Shown: positions 21,329 to 31,478, counted from the stretch's first letter. The stretch: DNA of 64,000 nt from an uncultured Pseudanabaenaceae cyanobacterium (GCA_938021205.1 CALIGI010000054.1:2149-66148), one strand, 5' to 3'. Numbers and translations are program-made. Notes: generated from the sequence alone by a model not told the origin.

Positions 21329-22042
21329 CTAAGGCCCCGTATCTTCTTGCTTTGTGGCTTTCTCAGCCTTGGCAGGGCGAGTAAAGTAGGCCTGCACCTG
21401 CCCCGGCTGTTCTGTTAGGGTCGCGCTCCCCGGTTGCCAGTCTGCCGGGCAAACCTCACCGCGATAACGCTGGACATGCTGAATTGCCTTCAAGCTCCGC
21501 AGGGTGTCATCCACGCTGCGGCCAAAGGCCTGGTTATTCACCGTGGCATGCTGAACGACTCCCTCAGGGTCAAGAATGAACAGCCCTCTTAGAGCCACGC
21601 CTTCCTGGGCATTGAGAACGCCGTAGGCTGCACTAATCGCCTTGGTCAGGTCAGAGACTAGAGGATAGCGAATATCTCCAACCCCTCCCAGCTTCCGCTC
21701 CGTTTGAATCCAAGCCAGGTGAGCATATTGGCTATCCACCGAAATTCCGAGGATATCGGTGGATAGCGCTTGGAACTCGTCGTAGCGATCGCTAAAAGCC
21801 GCGACCTCCGTGGGGCAAACAAAGGTGAAGTCCAGGGGATAGAAGAACAGAATCACGTAGCGACCTAGGTAGTCCGCCAGGCGAATGGTTTGAAAATCTT
21901 GCTCCACCACAGCGATCGCCTCAAAGACCGGCCCCTCTCGTCCGACCAGTGGAGTAGCTATAAGATTCCCTGCACCTAATTCAAATCCAGGCTGAATCGT
22001 CTTCACTAGGTCTTGCCGAGCGATGCCGGAATCTTGCCTCAT
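21329..22042 (-). CDS. 2-Cys peroxiredoxin (AhpC/Prx1), divergent
   Basis: [29 protein letters not shown]-terminal YF; start uncertain. Confidence 0.92.
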   Translation of the reverse strand: MRQDSGIARQDLVKTIQPGFELGAGNLIATPLVGREGPVFEAIAVVEQDFQTIRLADYLGRYVILFFYPLDFTFVCPTEVAAFSDRYDEFQALSTDILGISVDSQYAHLAWIQTERKLGGVGDIRYPLVSDLTKAISAAYGVLNAQEGVALRGLFILDPEGVVQHATVNNQAFGRSVDDTLRSLKAIQHVQRYRGEVCPADWQPGSATLTEQPGQVQAYFTRPAKAEKATKQEDTGP

Positions 22043-22140
22043 CACTGATTTCTCCAGTCCCAAAGAAAACCAACTCAAAACCACAAATCCCTGGGCCAGC
22101 CAAAAGCTAATCCAGGGACATTAAAGCGGTTTTAGATAAA

Positions 22141-22212
22141 TGGCTCAGGCGTGATTTGAACACGCGACAAAGGGCTTATGAGTCCCCTGCTCTACCCCTG
22201 AGCTACTGAGCC
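22141..22212 (-). tRNA. tRNA-Met (CAT), probably elongator; Ile2 not excluded
   Basis: Reverse complement GGCTCAGTAGCTCAGGGGTAGAGCAGGGGACTCATAAGCCCTTTGTCGCGTGTTCAAATCACGCCTGAGCCA folds as a cloverleaf. Confidence 0.9.
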
Positions 22213-22412
22213 TCGGTCGAGGAGTAGTAACCCCACCGGTAAATGAGATTAGCACAGGGCTGCCGACCAACACAATAAAAAGTAACGACTTTATCTTCGT
22301 ACTGGTAGGAAGCCCCATGTAACCGGGCTTTCAGCTCAGGAGGGCAACCACCATGGGCAATCTAGAACACAGGCATTGAGCTCGTCTTTCCTCAACAGAC
22401 AGCAGAGTTCCA

Positions 22413-22457
22413 ATAAAGAAAGGCTAGTCCAATAGAATTGGACTAGCCTTTCTTTAT
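22413..22457 (-). terminator. Intrinsic terminator after the M23/LysM gene
   Basis: 21-bp perfect inverted repeat ATAAAGAAAGGCTAGTCCAAT / ATTGGACTAGCCTTTCTTTAT with 3-nt loop. Confidence 0.8.
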
Positions 22458-22478
22458 GAATTCATCGTCGCGCTAGAA

Positions 22479-24797
22479 CTAGCGCTTCTGGGGTAGCAAT
22501 GCAGCAGGGTTAACCGCGCCTTGACCCGAAGGACGAATTTCAAAGTGCAGGTGAGGACCAGTACTGCGACCGGTGCTACCCATATCAGCAATATGCTGAC
22601 CTTGGCGAACGCGATCGCCTTCCCGAACAACATTGCGGTTGTTATGGGCATACATGGTAACAGTGCCATCGGGGTGAGTAATCTCAACAAGATTACCGTA
22701 GCCACTAGCCCATGCAGAATAGGTTACGACACCATCAGCAGCAGCATTAATGGGCGTACCGATAGGACCCGCGATATCCAAGCCCTTATGCATACGGCCC
22801 CAGCGCCAACCATATCCAGAGCTAAGAACACCTTGGGCAGGCCAGATGAAGCCGCTACTGGCCTGGCCCGGTAGGAAGGGGTCAGACATGAGCGGAGGAA
22901 GCTCAGGAGAAACCGACTGACGCAGAATGGACTGGGCCAGAGGCTCGTAGGACTGAGATCCAAGGGAAGCAGAAGCCACCAACTGAGGCTGATCAAGGGC
23001 GACCTGCTGAGGCAGAGGCAGCGTAACCTTAATGTCCTGAGGATTCACCGACTGCGGCTTTGCCGAAACAGAAACCCTAGCAGGTGAAGTCGCACGGCTA
23101 GGCGCAGGCTTTACAGCAACTGCGGGCGCGGACTTCTCAATAGGCTTCACCACTGCAACTGGCTTAGGTGCAGTCGGTTTTAGCTCAATAGGCTTAGGCG
23201 TGACAGAAACCTTCGGAGGAGCCGCAGGTTTAGCAGCAGCAGGCTTGACTGCCACAGCGTCTGAACCAGACTTGTACTTCTGGCGTAAGTCTCTAATCTC
23301 ACCCATCAGGTTGTCGACATAATCGACAGAGGCAACTGCATCTACAGTTTGAGCCACTTCAGCCTGAGTCACGGAAGCAGATTGAGTACGTGCCGCAACT
23401 GCTTGAACCGCAGTAGCACCCGCAGGAAGCTTTAACTGCTGCCCGACAAAAATCATGTCAGGGTCCGTAATACGGTTTGAAGCACTGAGTGACTTCAAAG
23501 AAATACCGTAGCGACGAGAAATCAAAGCCAGAGTCTCACCGGGCTCTACTCTGTGAGTCAGTTGAGAAGACCCAGCCGTAGCAGGCTGGAATGCTTCAAT
23601 CGGGCGAGATGGAGCTGAGACAGAACCCGAGCGAACTGCAGAAACAACCTGGGGAAGCTTCACTTCACCTGCTTCTACCGAAGTCGTGGCTTGGGCCGCA
23701 GCATTCGCAATCGATGCAATTTCTTGCTTTACGTCAGCGGAGTCAGTCAACTTAACTGATTCAGGCTTAACAGCCGACTGGGGAATCGCAATATTCTGGT
23801 CGACCTTGAGAACATTGGGGTTCTCAAGACGATTTACAGATAGCAGGTCAGTACGCTTGACACTGAACTGACGGGCGATGGAGTCAACCGTGTCACCTGC
23901 TTTAACGCGGTAAGGCGTCAACTGGGAGAGGTCTACAGCAGAAGCCGTGACCGACTCAGCAGCTTGAGCAGAGGAGCGAAGACTTTGGCGTAAAGCTTCG
24001 CGACGTTGGCGCAACTCAGCGATCGCTGCATCTGCACCACCGGTTTGAGCCGACACCATACTCAAGGTTGTGGTCTGACCAGGAACCTGGGCAGTCGCCG
24101 CAGGAGCAACAGCTCCGGAAGGAACCTTCAAGGTCTTACCAGCAATTACAGAAGTGCTCTTGCTGATGTCATTGATGCTAGCCAACTGGTCAACGCTAAC
24201 GCTGTATGAACGGGCAATGCCGTATAGCGTTTCGCCGGATTGGATTACGTGAAAAGAATTGTTGGTGCTGACTTCAGGGAAGTCAGACTTCAATTCAGCT
24301 GATGCGGGGGATAGTTCAGCTCGAGCAACAACTTGAGTTGCCGACTCGGAATAGAGTCCCGTCTCTAGCTCCTGCTGGGCAGATTCGGCCAAAGCCTGGA
24401 GTTCCAGGGCTAACTCAGCAGAGCGCTGAGCTTCATCAGCCGTACCGACTGCCTCAGCTGCAACCGCTTGACGCGTCTGCAGGGCAGAGAAGATATCAGA
24501 AGCACCCATGGAGAGTGCAAGGCCCATGACGGCGGCGGAAGTACGAGCCCGACGCTGATAAGCAGAATTCGAAATAACGGGCTTAATGAAGCCCTCAAAC
24601 AAATCGGCCCCGTCGTCTTGGCGAACCACAGACGCAACGGCCTCTGCCTTGATTTGCTGGACAGTGCTAGTGACGGAACCATCAGCCTGACTAGAGCCGA
24701 CATTGGTCCCTGACAGCGCCGATAGCGCGCTCACAGCATCCCGGCTTAAGCAAGAGGGAAGAAGGGGCTCGATTTTCTGTGGAAATCCTCGTTTCAA
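22479..24797 (-). CDS. nlpD: LysM-repeat M23 metallopeptidase (NlpD-like)
   Basis: Three LysM motifs (HVIQSGETL, YRVKAGDTV, HRVEPGETL); M23 HKGLD, YAH, GPHLHFE; TTG start at 24797 with AGGAGG upstream. Confidence 0.92.
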   Translation of the reverse strand: MKRGFPQKIEPLLPSCLSRDAVSALSALSGTNVGSSQADGSVTSTVQQIKAEAVASVVRQDDGADLFEGFIKPVISNSAYQRRARTSAAVMGLALSMGASDIFSALQTRQAVAAEAVGTADEAQRSAELALELQALAESAQQELETGLYSESATQVVARAELSPASAELKSDFPEVSTNNSFHVIQSGETLYGIARSYSVSVDQLASINDISKSTSVIAGKTLKVPSGAVAPAATAQVPGQTTTLSMVSAQTGGADAAIAELRQRREALRQSLRSSAQAAESVTASAVDLSQLTPYRVKAGDTVDSIARQFSVKRTDLLSVNRLENPNVLKVDQNIAIPQSAVKPESVKLTDSADVKQEIASIANAAAQATTSVEAGEVKLPQVVSAVRSGSVSAPSRPIEAFQPATAGSSQLTHRVEPGETLALISRRYGISLKSLSASNRITDPDMIFVGQQLKLPAGATAVQAVAARTQSASVTQAEVAQTVDAVASVDYVDNLMGEIRDLRQKYKSGSDAVAVKPAAAKPAAPPKVSVTPKPIELKPTAPKPVAVVKPIEKSAPAVAVKPAPSRATSPARVSVSAKPQSVNPQDIKVTLPLPQQVALDQPQLVASASLGSQSYEPLAQSILRQSVSPELPPLMSDPFLPGQASSGFIWPAQGVLSSGYGWRWGRMHKGLDIAGPIGTPINAAADGVVTYSAWASGYGNLVEITHPDGTVTMYAHNNRNVVREGDRVRQGQHIADMGSTGRSTGPHLHFEIRPSGQGAVNPAALLPQKR

Positions 24798-25725
24798 GGA
24801 ATAACCTCCTGACAACTAGAACTCAAACATCCGAGTAAGGCACCGTCCACCGTTGGAGCAGACTTACTTTTTCTAGCAGGGTTGGGGAATGGCAAAAGCC
24901 TTAGAACAACCCGAAGCGGACGCATCGCTTGAATACCTTCGAAAGGTTAACTTGCTTTTCACAAATAAACAAGCTTGTGCAAATCTTGCGCCCTAACTTA
25001 CCCCATCGTCTTCAGTATTTACTACGGTGCGATCTCGATTTGAGCTTGCTATCGGCCTACTTGAAACCCCCTTTAACTCTCTCCAGAGTAGGGATACAGC
25101 GTTTTCAAAACAGTTCTATAAGTCATCTAAATTAGGCCCAAAAAACTTTTAAGGGGTCTCAAAGTTTTGGCCATTAGCAACTGCTGAAATCATTTATGGG
25201 CCTGGCATTGGGCAAATCCCCCTCAGCTTTGACCTAGGTAAGACCCCAGCAAACTGATCACCATAGAGATTTCTTATCGCTCCGACGGTAGTTATTGGGG
25301 TGTTTTCATATTCTCCTGATAGGAAAGTGTGGCTTAGATAACAGAAACTGGAAGAATGGCACTCAGATCTGTGGTATGCAACAAAAGTCAAGGCCCGAAT
25401 GATTACTTTTTGTAATCAAAAGGCGCAAAACCCCTGTTTTAGCTGCTGAAGAAGCGATTTGCCGACTAAAAACCTGACCGATTTGTGATCTGAATCAATG
25501 ATCAGGTAAGTCGGTAGGGGAAGCCATCGGCCTAATATCTTGGCGCTGTGAGGGTTTGGCGACCTTGGCCGAGGCTTCGTTTAAAGATGATGGCAATTGC
25601 TTCTGAACGACATAAGCGTTTTTAATGAGATTGCATCAAAAAAGTTCCCCAAACAGACACTTTTGAGATTGTCTCGCTCCAATTTTGACCATAGGAGAGC
25701 CAGAGCTTTAGCCAAGCTCTTGTCT

Positions 25726-25764
25726 AAGTCCTGACAGAAATGCACAGCATTTCTGTCAGGACTT
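25726..25764. repeat. 18-bp perfect inverted repeat
   Basis: AAGTCCTGACAGAAATGC-ACA-GCATTTCTGTCAGGACTT. Confidence 0.85.
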
Positions 25765-26492
25765 TTTGACAGAAATTTTTTTGTGGCGGTGATTAAGGCG
25801 ATTTCTGCGAAAGAGAATCCCAATGATGGTGTTGGTCTCTGCTGGCCCGGAGTCAAACTCCACCCCTCCCAATCGACCTATTCGGACTACTTAGGGCGAA
25901 GCTTTGGAACTGGGAGGAGCCATTGGCCTGTCTTAGTAAAAGAGACTGGCCGCATCTCTCTTCTCTGTTCTCTTCCCCTGTTTTGAGGAGAGGCTAGGTG
26001 GGATGGCTTTGCCGCTTGATGAGATGGGGTATTCTTGCCTAGATATCGCCTAAGTCCCCTGCAAAATAAACGCGCTATGGCTGGATCAGGCGTTAGCAAT
26101 GCCGTTCTCGGCAAAGGGCAATGCCGAAATGGAAATCTGAAGTTGCTCCCAGAAACCTGCGATATAGTCCAGCCTGGAGCCAATCTGACCACGTCCGGCC
26201 CCGGTTGAGCGTTTACAAAGCTCTAGTAGAGCGGCATCCTTCGCATTGGTCGGCAGTGAAGCGCTCGAAATACTTGTGACTAGATTCTTTGGATGACAAG
26301 GCTAGGGTTTGTCGTATTGCACTTATATATATAGTGAGTTTTTCCAGCCCTGTTGAGTGGAGTGGGTTGAGGTGATGAGTCGTTGGGAGCTAGAGGACTT
26401 TGCTTTGCAACCAAGCTGGGAGTTATGGAGCAAAGCCATTCGTCCCACTAAATTCAGGTATTTAGTCATATATAAGTCCGAGATCGGTAGTC

Positions 26493-26606
26493 AAAAAACC
26501 GACCTCATCTTCGACCTTCTCCTCAAGGAGAAGCAGAATCGAACGCTAAATTAAGCTTTTCATAGCCTCCGAGTTTTCCTTCTTCAAGGGAGAAGGAGTA
26601 GGAGCC
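26493..26606. repeat. Degenerate copy of the dispersed CCCCTAGCCCC/TTCTCC..GGAGAAGG repeat family
   Basis: AAAACCGACCTCATC...CCTTCTCCTCAAGGAGAAG left arm and TTCCTTCTTCAAGGGAGAAGGAGTAGG right arm resemble 31317-31478. Confidence 0.55.
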
Positions 26607-26607
26607 A

Positions 26608-26677
26608 TGCCCAGGCCCATCGAGGTTGAAGGAGGACTGCTTGGCTCGGTCGCACTCAACCTCGATGGGCCTGGGCA
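26608..26677. repeat. 22-bp perfect inverted repeat with 26-nt loop
   Basis: TGCCCAGGCCCATCGAGGTTGA ... TCAACCTCGATGGGCCTGGGCA. Confidence 0.88.
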
Positions 26678-26811
26678 ATCTCGATTTCCCTAAAAATAGC
26701 TGGCCTCTGAAAATATTTTGAGTTGCTGCCAGCCCTTTGGAGGAGATGGGTTAGGTCTCGCCCTGAGCAGACCGAAGTGGGGAGGGGCATTTGGGCTTGG
26801 TCGAGCTTTGT

Positions 26812-27267
26812 TTATTCCAAATAGCCTAGCTGTCGTCTAGCTTCAAAGAGCCCCAAGGCCGCACTCACGGATAGATTGAGACTGCGCACGTACTTTTGGC
26901 TCATGGGGATATAGACCTTGGCATCGCAATCGGCCATTAATTCTGGGGGAAGACCGCTGGTCTCGCGGCCGAAGAGCAGCCAGTCACCCGGCTGAAATTG
27001 AAACTTGCAGTAGTTCTCACTGCCATTTTTGGTAAAAGCAATCCACCGACCGGGGCGAGCTGCCTGGCGGAAGGCTTCGATGGATTGATGCTGATTGACA
27101 TCTACATAGGGCCAATAATCTAGCCCGGCTCGTTTGAGCTGGCGATCGCTAATTTCAAACCCTAAGGGACCCACCAAATGAAGCGGGGTACCGGTGGCCG
27201 CGCAGGTGCGGGCAATGTTACCGGTATTGGGCGGAATTTCGGGCTGAATTAAAGCAATGCGCAGCAT
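26812..27267 (-). CDS. trmL: tRNA (cytidine/uridine-34 2'-O)-methyltransferase
   Basis: PEIPPNTGNIARTC, LKRAGLDYW, FGRETSGLP, RSLNLS. Confidence 0.95.
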   Translation of the reverse strand: MLRIALIQPEIPPNTGNIARTCAATGTPLHLVGPLGFEISDRQLKRAGLDYWPYVDVNQHQSIEAFRQAARPGRWIAFTKNGSENYCKFQFQPGDWLLFGRETSGLPPELMADCDAKVYIPMSQKYVRSLNLSVSAALGLFEARRQLGYLE

Positions 27268-27415
27268 TTAAGAGAAAGCGAAGGGGGAAATGGGGACTTT
27301 ATAGCGACGGCCTAACGGCTTAGGACAATTACGAGTCACATCGCAGCCTGCCACCTCTAGCTCTAACAGATGACAAATGTTCTAGGGAATGTGACCCGCG
27401 CTATCTGACCCCGAT

Positions 27416-27829
27416 CTATTTTTCCTTGAGACGTTGCCCAATGCCACGAATTCGTTCGTTCCAGTTTTGAGGCGGTTTGGGAGTTGGAAGCTCCAGGTTA
27501 GGCCAGTTGCTCTGCTCGCTACAGGGGCAATCCAATGGGGTAATGCCGCCGACCTTCAGCGCTACTGGCATGTCACACCGAGCGCAGGCCTGAATATCCC
27601 AATCTGATTGGCTCAGTTCCGCTAAGGTTTCGCCAGTGTCCTCTAAATAGCAGCGCTCCAAACCGGCGCGCTGGAACTTCTGCCAATGGGCTTCGAATTC
27701 AGGACTGTAGTGACTGCCATAGGCAATGTTGCTAGGGCAGTAGCTTGCTTCGTCCTGGGCAATCTTGACTCCTTTCCCCAGTTGGAACCAGTGAGAGAGG
27801 TATTGGCGGAGTTGCGCTTGAGTCGCCAT
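27416..27829 (-). CDS. Conserved cyanobacterial hypothetical protein
   Basis: YLSHWFQLGK, CARCDMP, CPCSEQSNWPNLELPTPK. Confidence 0.8.
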   Translation of the reverse strand: MATQAQLRQYLSHWFQLGKGVKIAQDEASYCPSNIAYGSHYSPEFEAHWQKFQRAGLERCYLEDTGETLAELSQSDWDIQACARCDMPVALKVGGITPLDCPCSEQSNWPNLELPTPKPPQNWNERIRGIGQRLKEK

Positions 27830-28135
27830 GGTTTGGAAGCCTACTGCGAGGGATACCTTGATCGTAGCTCGCGGGTTTGACTTATCCGGGCTTGTGAAGG
27901 GCTGTAAACCTATACTTTTCCTATAGTGGAATCTATTGACCTTCCAATAGCAGTGGAGACCTGTCCCTAGAGGAGTTGCCTGAGCCTTGACAAATCGGAG
28001 CCACTGTAAGATTCAGAAGTGCGTGCACCAGGACTCACAATTCTGGAAAGACCTCCGCCGGGAGTCAGGCCAAAACAGGGGCAAAATCCAGAGATTTATA
28101 CCTTATATATAGGCAAATTTTTGAAGCGAGTTTTA

Positions 28136-28167
28136 CAGCCTGAAAAAATGCTGCAATTTTTAGGCTG
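28136..28167 (-). terminator. Hairpin downstream of cobU
   Basis: CAGCCTGAAAAA ... TTTTTAGGCTG. Confidence 0.45.
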
Positions 28168-28181
28168 AGCTGGGCGATCGC

Positions 28182-28742
28182 TCACGATTTTTCAGGCTGT
28201 ATCTGTCTAGAAGACAAAGGAATGGCCATGCGATGCAGGGGCAACGCATGGCCTCCCGCAACAAGGTAGGTTTCCTGAGCGATCGCCGCCACATCCTGAA
28301 TCAATCGCCCGAGGCGATCGCGAAACTGTCGGCCCAAGGGATAGGCAGGCACCACGCCCCAGCCCGTCTCTTCTGCGACCAAAACAACCCTGGCAGTCGT
28401 TTTGCCCAGCGCTTGGACCAGTAAACGGCAGCGCGCCTGCCAGTCTTCTTCGGAATCCTCCAGGCAATTGGCCAACCAAGTTCCGAGGGAATCGACTAAA
28501 AGACAGCGATCACTCGACGTATTGGCGATGGCATCGGGTAAGTCTAGCGGTACTTCTTGGGTTTGCCAATGGCGGGGGCGGCGGTCAATGTGGGCAGTGA
28601 TGCGATCGCGCCAATCGAGGTCACTTGGATCCACTCGAGCAGTGGCAATATAGGTGACCTGGAGGGACTTCTGAGCCAGGGTTTCGGCCCAAAGGCTTTT
28701 CCCAGAGCGGGCTGGACCAGTCACAAGAATAAGCGGAGCCAT
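28182..28742 (-). CDS. cobU: Adenosylcobinamide kinase / cobinamide-phosphate guanylyltransferase
   Basis: LVTGPARSGKS, YIATA, LLVDSLGTW, EETGWGVVP, FRDRLG. Confidence 0.94.
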   Translation of the reverse strand: MAPLILVTGPARSGKSLWAETLAQKSLQVTYIATARVDPSDLDWRDRITAHIDRRPRHWQTQEVPLDLPDAIANTSSDRCLLVDSLGTWLANCLEDSEEDWQARCRLLVQALGKTTARVVLVAEETGWGVVPAYPLGRQFRDRLGRLIQDVAAIAQETYLVAGGHALPLHRMAIPLSSRQIQPEKS

Positions 28743-28943
28743 GGAATGCAGACCTGATAGCTCAAAGGCCCTGACCCAAAGGATCGGAGCAATCTGGAGC
28801 AATTGCCTTGACACCATACCAAAGAGTGATAGCCTTGTTCGCAGCTCTCGCCCCGCCAGAAAAGCCCCCATAGATATAGGGCCAGGATTTTGGTTCGGGG
28901 TTGACCTGTAAAGAGACGCTCAGGTGACACAAAGGAAAACCGG

Positions 28944-30203
28944 ATGACCTCAAGTATTCAACCCAGAATTCAAAGAATCCAAGCAGCGATTAATCAAGCC
29001 CAGGTCTCTGGTCAAGAGCCGGGCTCCCCTAACGCTGCCGGTCAATCCCGAGTGTGCTCCTTTGAGATTGAAGGCCGCAGCCAAGTTGGCTATCTGGGCG
29101 TTAATTCCATCGCCGAGGTCACTCCCCCTTGGTTTCCCAAGGATGCTTTCCAGGTGAAGGGCCGCAGCGAGAAGCCGTCCTCCCCCATCATTACGCTGAA
29201 GTCTTCGCAGCCCCAAGCAACCCAAGCAGCACTGGAAGTGACTGAGGCTGGCGCAGCCAACTTGTCTCAATCAGATTCTGTCGCCACAGCAACCCAAGCC
29301 AACTCAGCTGTTGGCCACCCGCTGATCCAGTCATCTGTCTCCGTGGATGTCTTTCAAGCCGTGGCAGGGAACGACAATGACTACTTTGTCCAAGCAGAAT
29401 TGCCTATTGAGCTAGACTTGCCTAAGCCTCCCCTGGAGAATGCTGAAGCGATCGCTTCGCAAGTTCCCGTAGATATCGCGGCGGCAACGAAATCAGCCCC
29501 TATCACCGCAGAAATCCTAGGGAACCTCTTTGAGCAGGCCGATCCACTGTCCAGTAAATCAGCTGTAGAACCGAACCCAGCAACTTCTAACCCAACGAGC
29601 TATACCCAGGAGCCCGAGCAAAAGCAGCCCCATAAAGCGCTCCTCGCGCCGGTCACTCAAACCGAGCAGGCAGCCGCCCAAGCCTTAGCTCAGTCTCTCA
29701 GTCAGTCCCTAGAGAAATCATTACCCCAATCTCTGGAAACGAGCCAAGAGCGCCAGGCGGGCAATATTAAGCCCATTGAAACCGTCACCCCACCGGCTCT
29801 ACCTCGCTCTAAATCTCCCGAGCTCAGCTCCCACAACAACAGCACGAACCCCATGCTGCCCCTGGAACTGCTCCAAAATATTGGCCAGGAAGTGATTGTT
29901 TGGCAGGAAGCACTGCAGGAAGTCCACCAGAAAATTCAGACCCTTTATCAAGAAGGCCCCATTCTCAACGGCTGGTTAGAGAAGCATTCCGACGCTGGCG
30001 TCTATCTCCTCTGCGGTCTCGATCCCACGGGCCAATCCTGGCGTCGTCCCTGTCACCCTGAGCAACTTCAACCCGTTGGTCTCGCCATTGGGCGCTACAA
30101 GCAGCTGCGCCTTCTCTTAGGTGAAAAACAGCGCCTCGATCAACGCATTAAGCGATTGTCTGAGACTTTAACGATGCTTCGGCTGCGTTTGCGGGCTTAC
30201 TAG
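28944..30203 (+). CDS. Hypothetical protein, disordered N-terminus and conserved C-terminal domain
   Basis: 419 aa; S/P/Q/A-rich linker; C-terminal YQEGPILNGWL and YLLCGLD segments. Confidence 0.75.
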   Translation: MTSSIQPRIQRIQAAINQAQVSGQEPGSPNAAGQSRVCSFEIEGRSQVGYLGVNSIAEVTPPWFPKDAFQVKGRSEKPSSPIITLKSSQPQATQAALEVTEAGAANLSQSDSVATATQANSAVGHPLIQSSVSVDVFQAVAGNDNDYFVQAELPIELDLPKPPLENAEAIASQVPVDIAAATKSAPITAEILGNLFEQADPLSSKSAVEPNPATSNPTSYTQEPEQKQPHKALLAPVTQTEQAAAQALAQSLSQSLEKSLPQSLETSQERQAGNIKPIETVTPPALPRSKSPELSSHNNSTNPMLPLELLQNIGQEVIVWQEALQEVHQKIQTLYQEGPILNGWLEKHSDAGVYLLCGLDPTGQSWRRPCHPEQLQPVGLAIGRYKQLRLLLGEKQRLDQRIKRLSETLTMLRLRLRAY

Positions 30204-30350
30204 AACTAGGGCAATGAATCGCGATCGCGATAATTGAGGATAAAAAGTTCAGTCACTGGCGATGGCCGTGGCGGCTTTCTAAGGTGCTGCATCTTCTATT
30301 TCGACGTTGCCCGTCGTTCACCTGCTTGCACTCGCTGCTGAAGATAAACC

Positions 30351-31310
30351 ATGACAGCGCCATCCCGAAAGGTTCCCGTTTCCGTTCTGATTCCCGCTAA
30401 AAATGAGGAACAGAACCTCCCGGCTTGTTTGGAGAGTCTCCAGCGAGCTAATGAGATCTTTGTCGTTGACTCCCAGAGTAGCGACAAGTCCATCGAAATC
30501 GCCGAGCGCTACGGCGCTAAGGTGGAGCAATTCCACTTCAACGGCACCTGGCCCAAGAAAAAAAACTGGGGCCTCGAAAATCTCCCTTTCAAGAACGAGT
30601 GGGTTCTCATCGTGGATTGCGATGAGCGCATCACCGATGCCTCCTGGGATGAGATTGCCGAGAAAATTGAGAAAGACGAGTTCGACGGTTACTACATCAA
30701 CCGCCGCGTCTTCTTCCTAGGCAAGTGGGTTAAGCATGGCGGCAAGTATCCTGACTGGAACCTGCGCCTGTTCAAACATGCCAAGGGTCGCTACGAGGAT
30801 TTGCAAACCGGCGAAATCCAGAATACTGGTGATAACGAAGTCCATGAGCATGTAGTCATGCAGTCCAAGATGGGCTACCTCAAAGAGGACATGATGCACG
30901 AGGACTATCGTGACATGTTCCACTGGTTGGCACGTCACAACCGTTACTCCAACTGGGAAGCGAAGGTTTACCTCAACACTCTCCAGGGCAAGGGCAGCGA
31001 CGGAACCATTGGCGCAAACCTGTTTGGTGACTCCGTTCAACGCAAGCGTTTCCTCAAGAAAATTTGGGTGCGCCTGCCCTTTAAGCCAACCCTGCGCTTT
31101 ATCCTGACCTACTTCCTTCGCCTCGGCTTCCTCGATGGGAAAGCAGGCTACACCTATGCTCGTCTGCTGAGCCAGTACGAGTTTCAAATTGGCGTCAAGC
31201 TGTTTGAACTTAAGCAGATGGGCGGTTCGCTGAACAATGCCAAAACGGTGAAAGCCAATCAAGCTGCGAACGTGAGCAATAGTAGTGCAACAACTGCAAC
31301 GGTTTCTTAG
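30351..31310 (+). CDS. Glycosyltransferase family 2
   Basis: VSVLIPAKNEE, VVDSQSSD, WVLIVDCDE, VHEH. Confidence 0.94.
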   Translation: MTAPSRKVPVSVLIPAKNEEQNLPACLESLQRANEIFVVDSQSSDKSIEIAERYGAKVEQFHFNGTWPKKKNWGLENLPFKNEWVLIVDCDERITDASWDEIAEKIEKDEFDGYYINRRVFFLGKWVKHGGKYPDWNLRLFKHAKGRYEDLQTGEIQNTGDNEVHEHVVMQSKMGYLKEDMMHEDYRDMFHWLARHNRYSNWEAKVYLNTLQGKGSDGTIGANLFGDSVQRKRFLKKIWVRLPFKPTLRFILTYFLRLGFLDGKAGYTYARLLSQYEFQIGVKLFELKQMGGSLNNAKTVKANQAANVSNSSATTATVS

Positions 31311-31316
31311 CAACAA

Positions 31317-31478
31317 CTTGAGTTCGACAGCCTTAAAACCGACCTCATCCCCTAGCCCCTTCTCCTAAGAGAGAAGGGGAACCGAGCAGAGAAGCAAGCT
31401 TCTCTGCTTTTCAACCTTCCCCTCTCCATCGGGAGAGGGGCTAGGGGGGAGGGCAGCTTTGGATTTGTCGAATTCAGT
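31317..31478. mobile_element. MITE-like composite palindromic repeat (best-preserved copy)
   Basis: Ends CTTGAGTTCGACA / TGTCGAATTCAGT; inverted arms CCTCATCCCCTAGCCCTTCTCC and GGAGAGGGGCTAGGGGGGAGG; central hairpin GCAGAGAAGC-AA-GCTTCTCTGC. Confidence 0.6.

Noticed and set aside
21154-22212. Integrative element at the tRNAs
   Set aside because: No integrase and no duplicated tRNA 3' end (att) found
25581-25856. 91-aa minus-strand ORF
   Set aside because: It runs through the 18-bp hairpin and has no recognisable motif
26357-26554. 65-aa ORF
   Set aside because: Its 3' part is a repeat-family copy, so it is probably spurious
24798-26811. Possible oriC
   Set aside because: No cluster of DnaA boxes and no dnaA/dnaN nearby
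27950-28090. Cobalamin riboswitch near cobU (GCCACTGTAA, GAGTCAG fragments)
   Set aside because: The AGGGAA-CGGTG core and ACCTGCC end are missing, and no sense-strand gene lies downstream
30717-31316. 199-aa minus-strand ORF
   Set aside because: Antisense shadow of the GT2 gene
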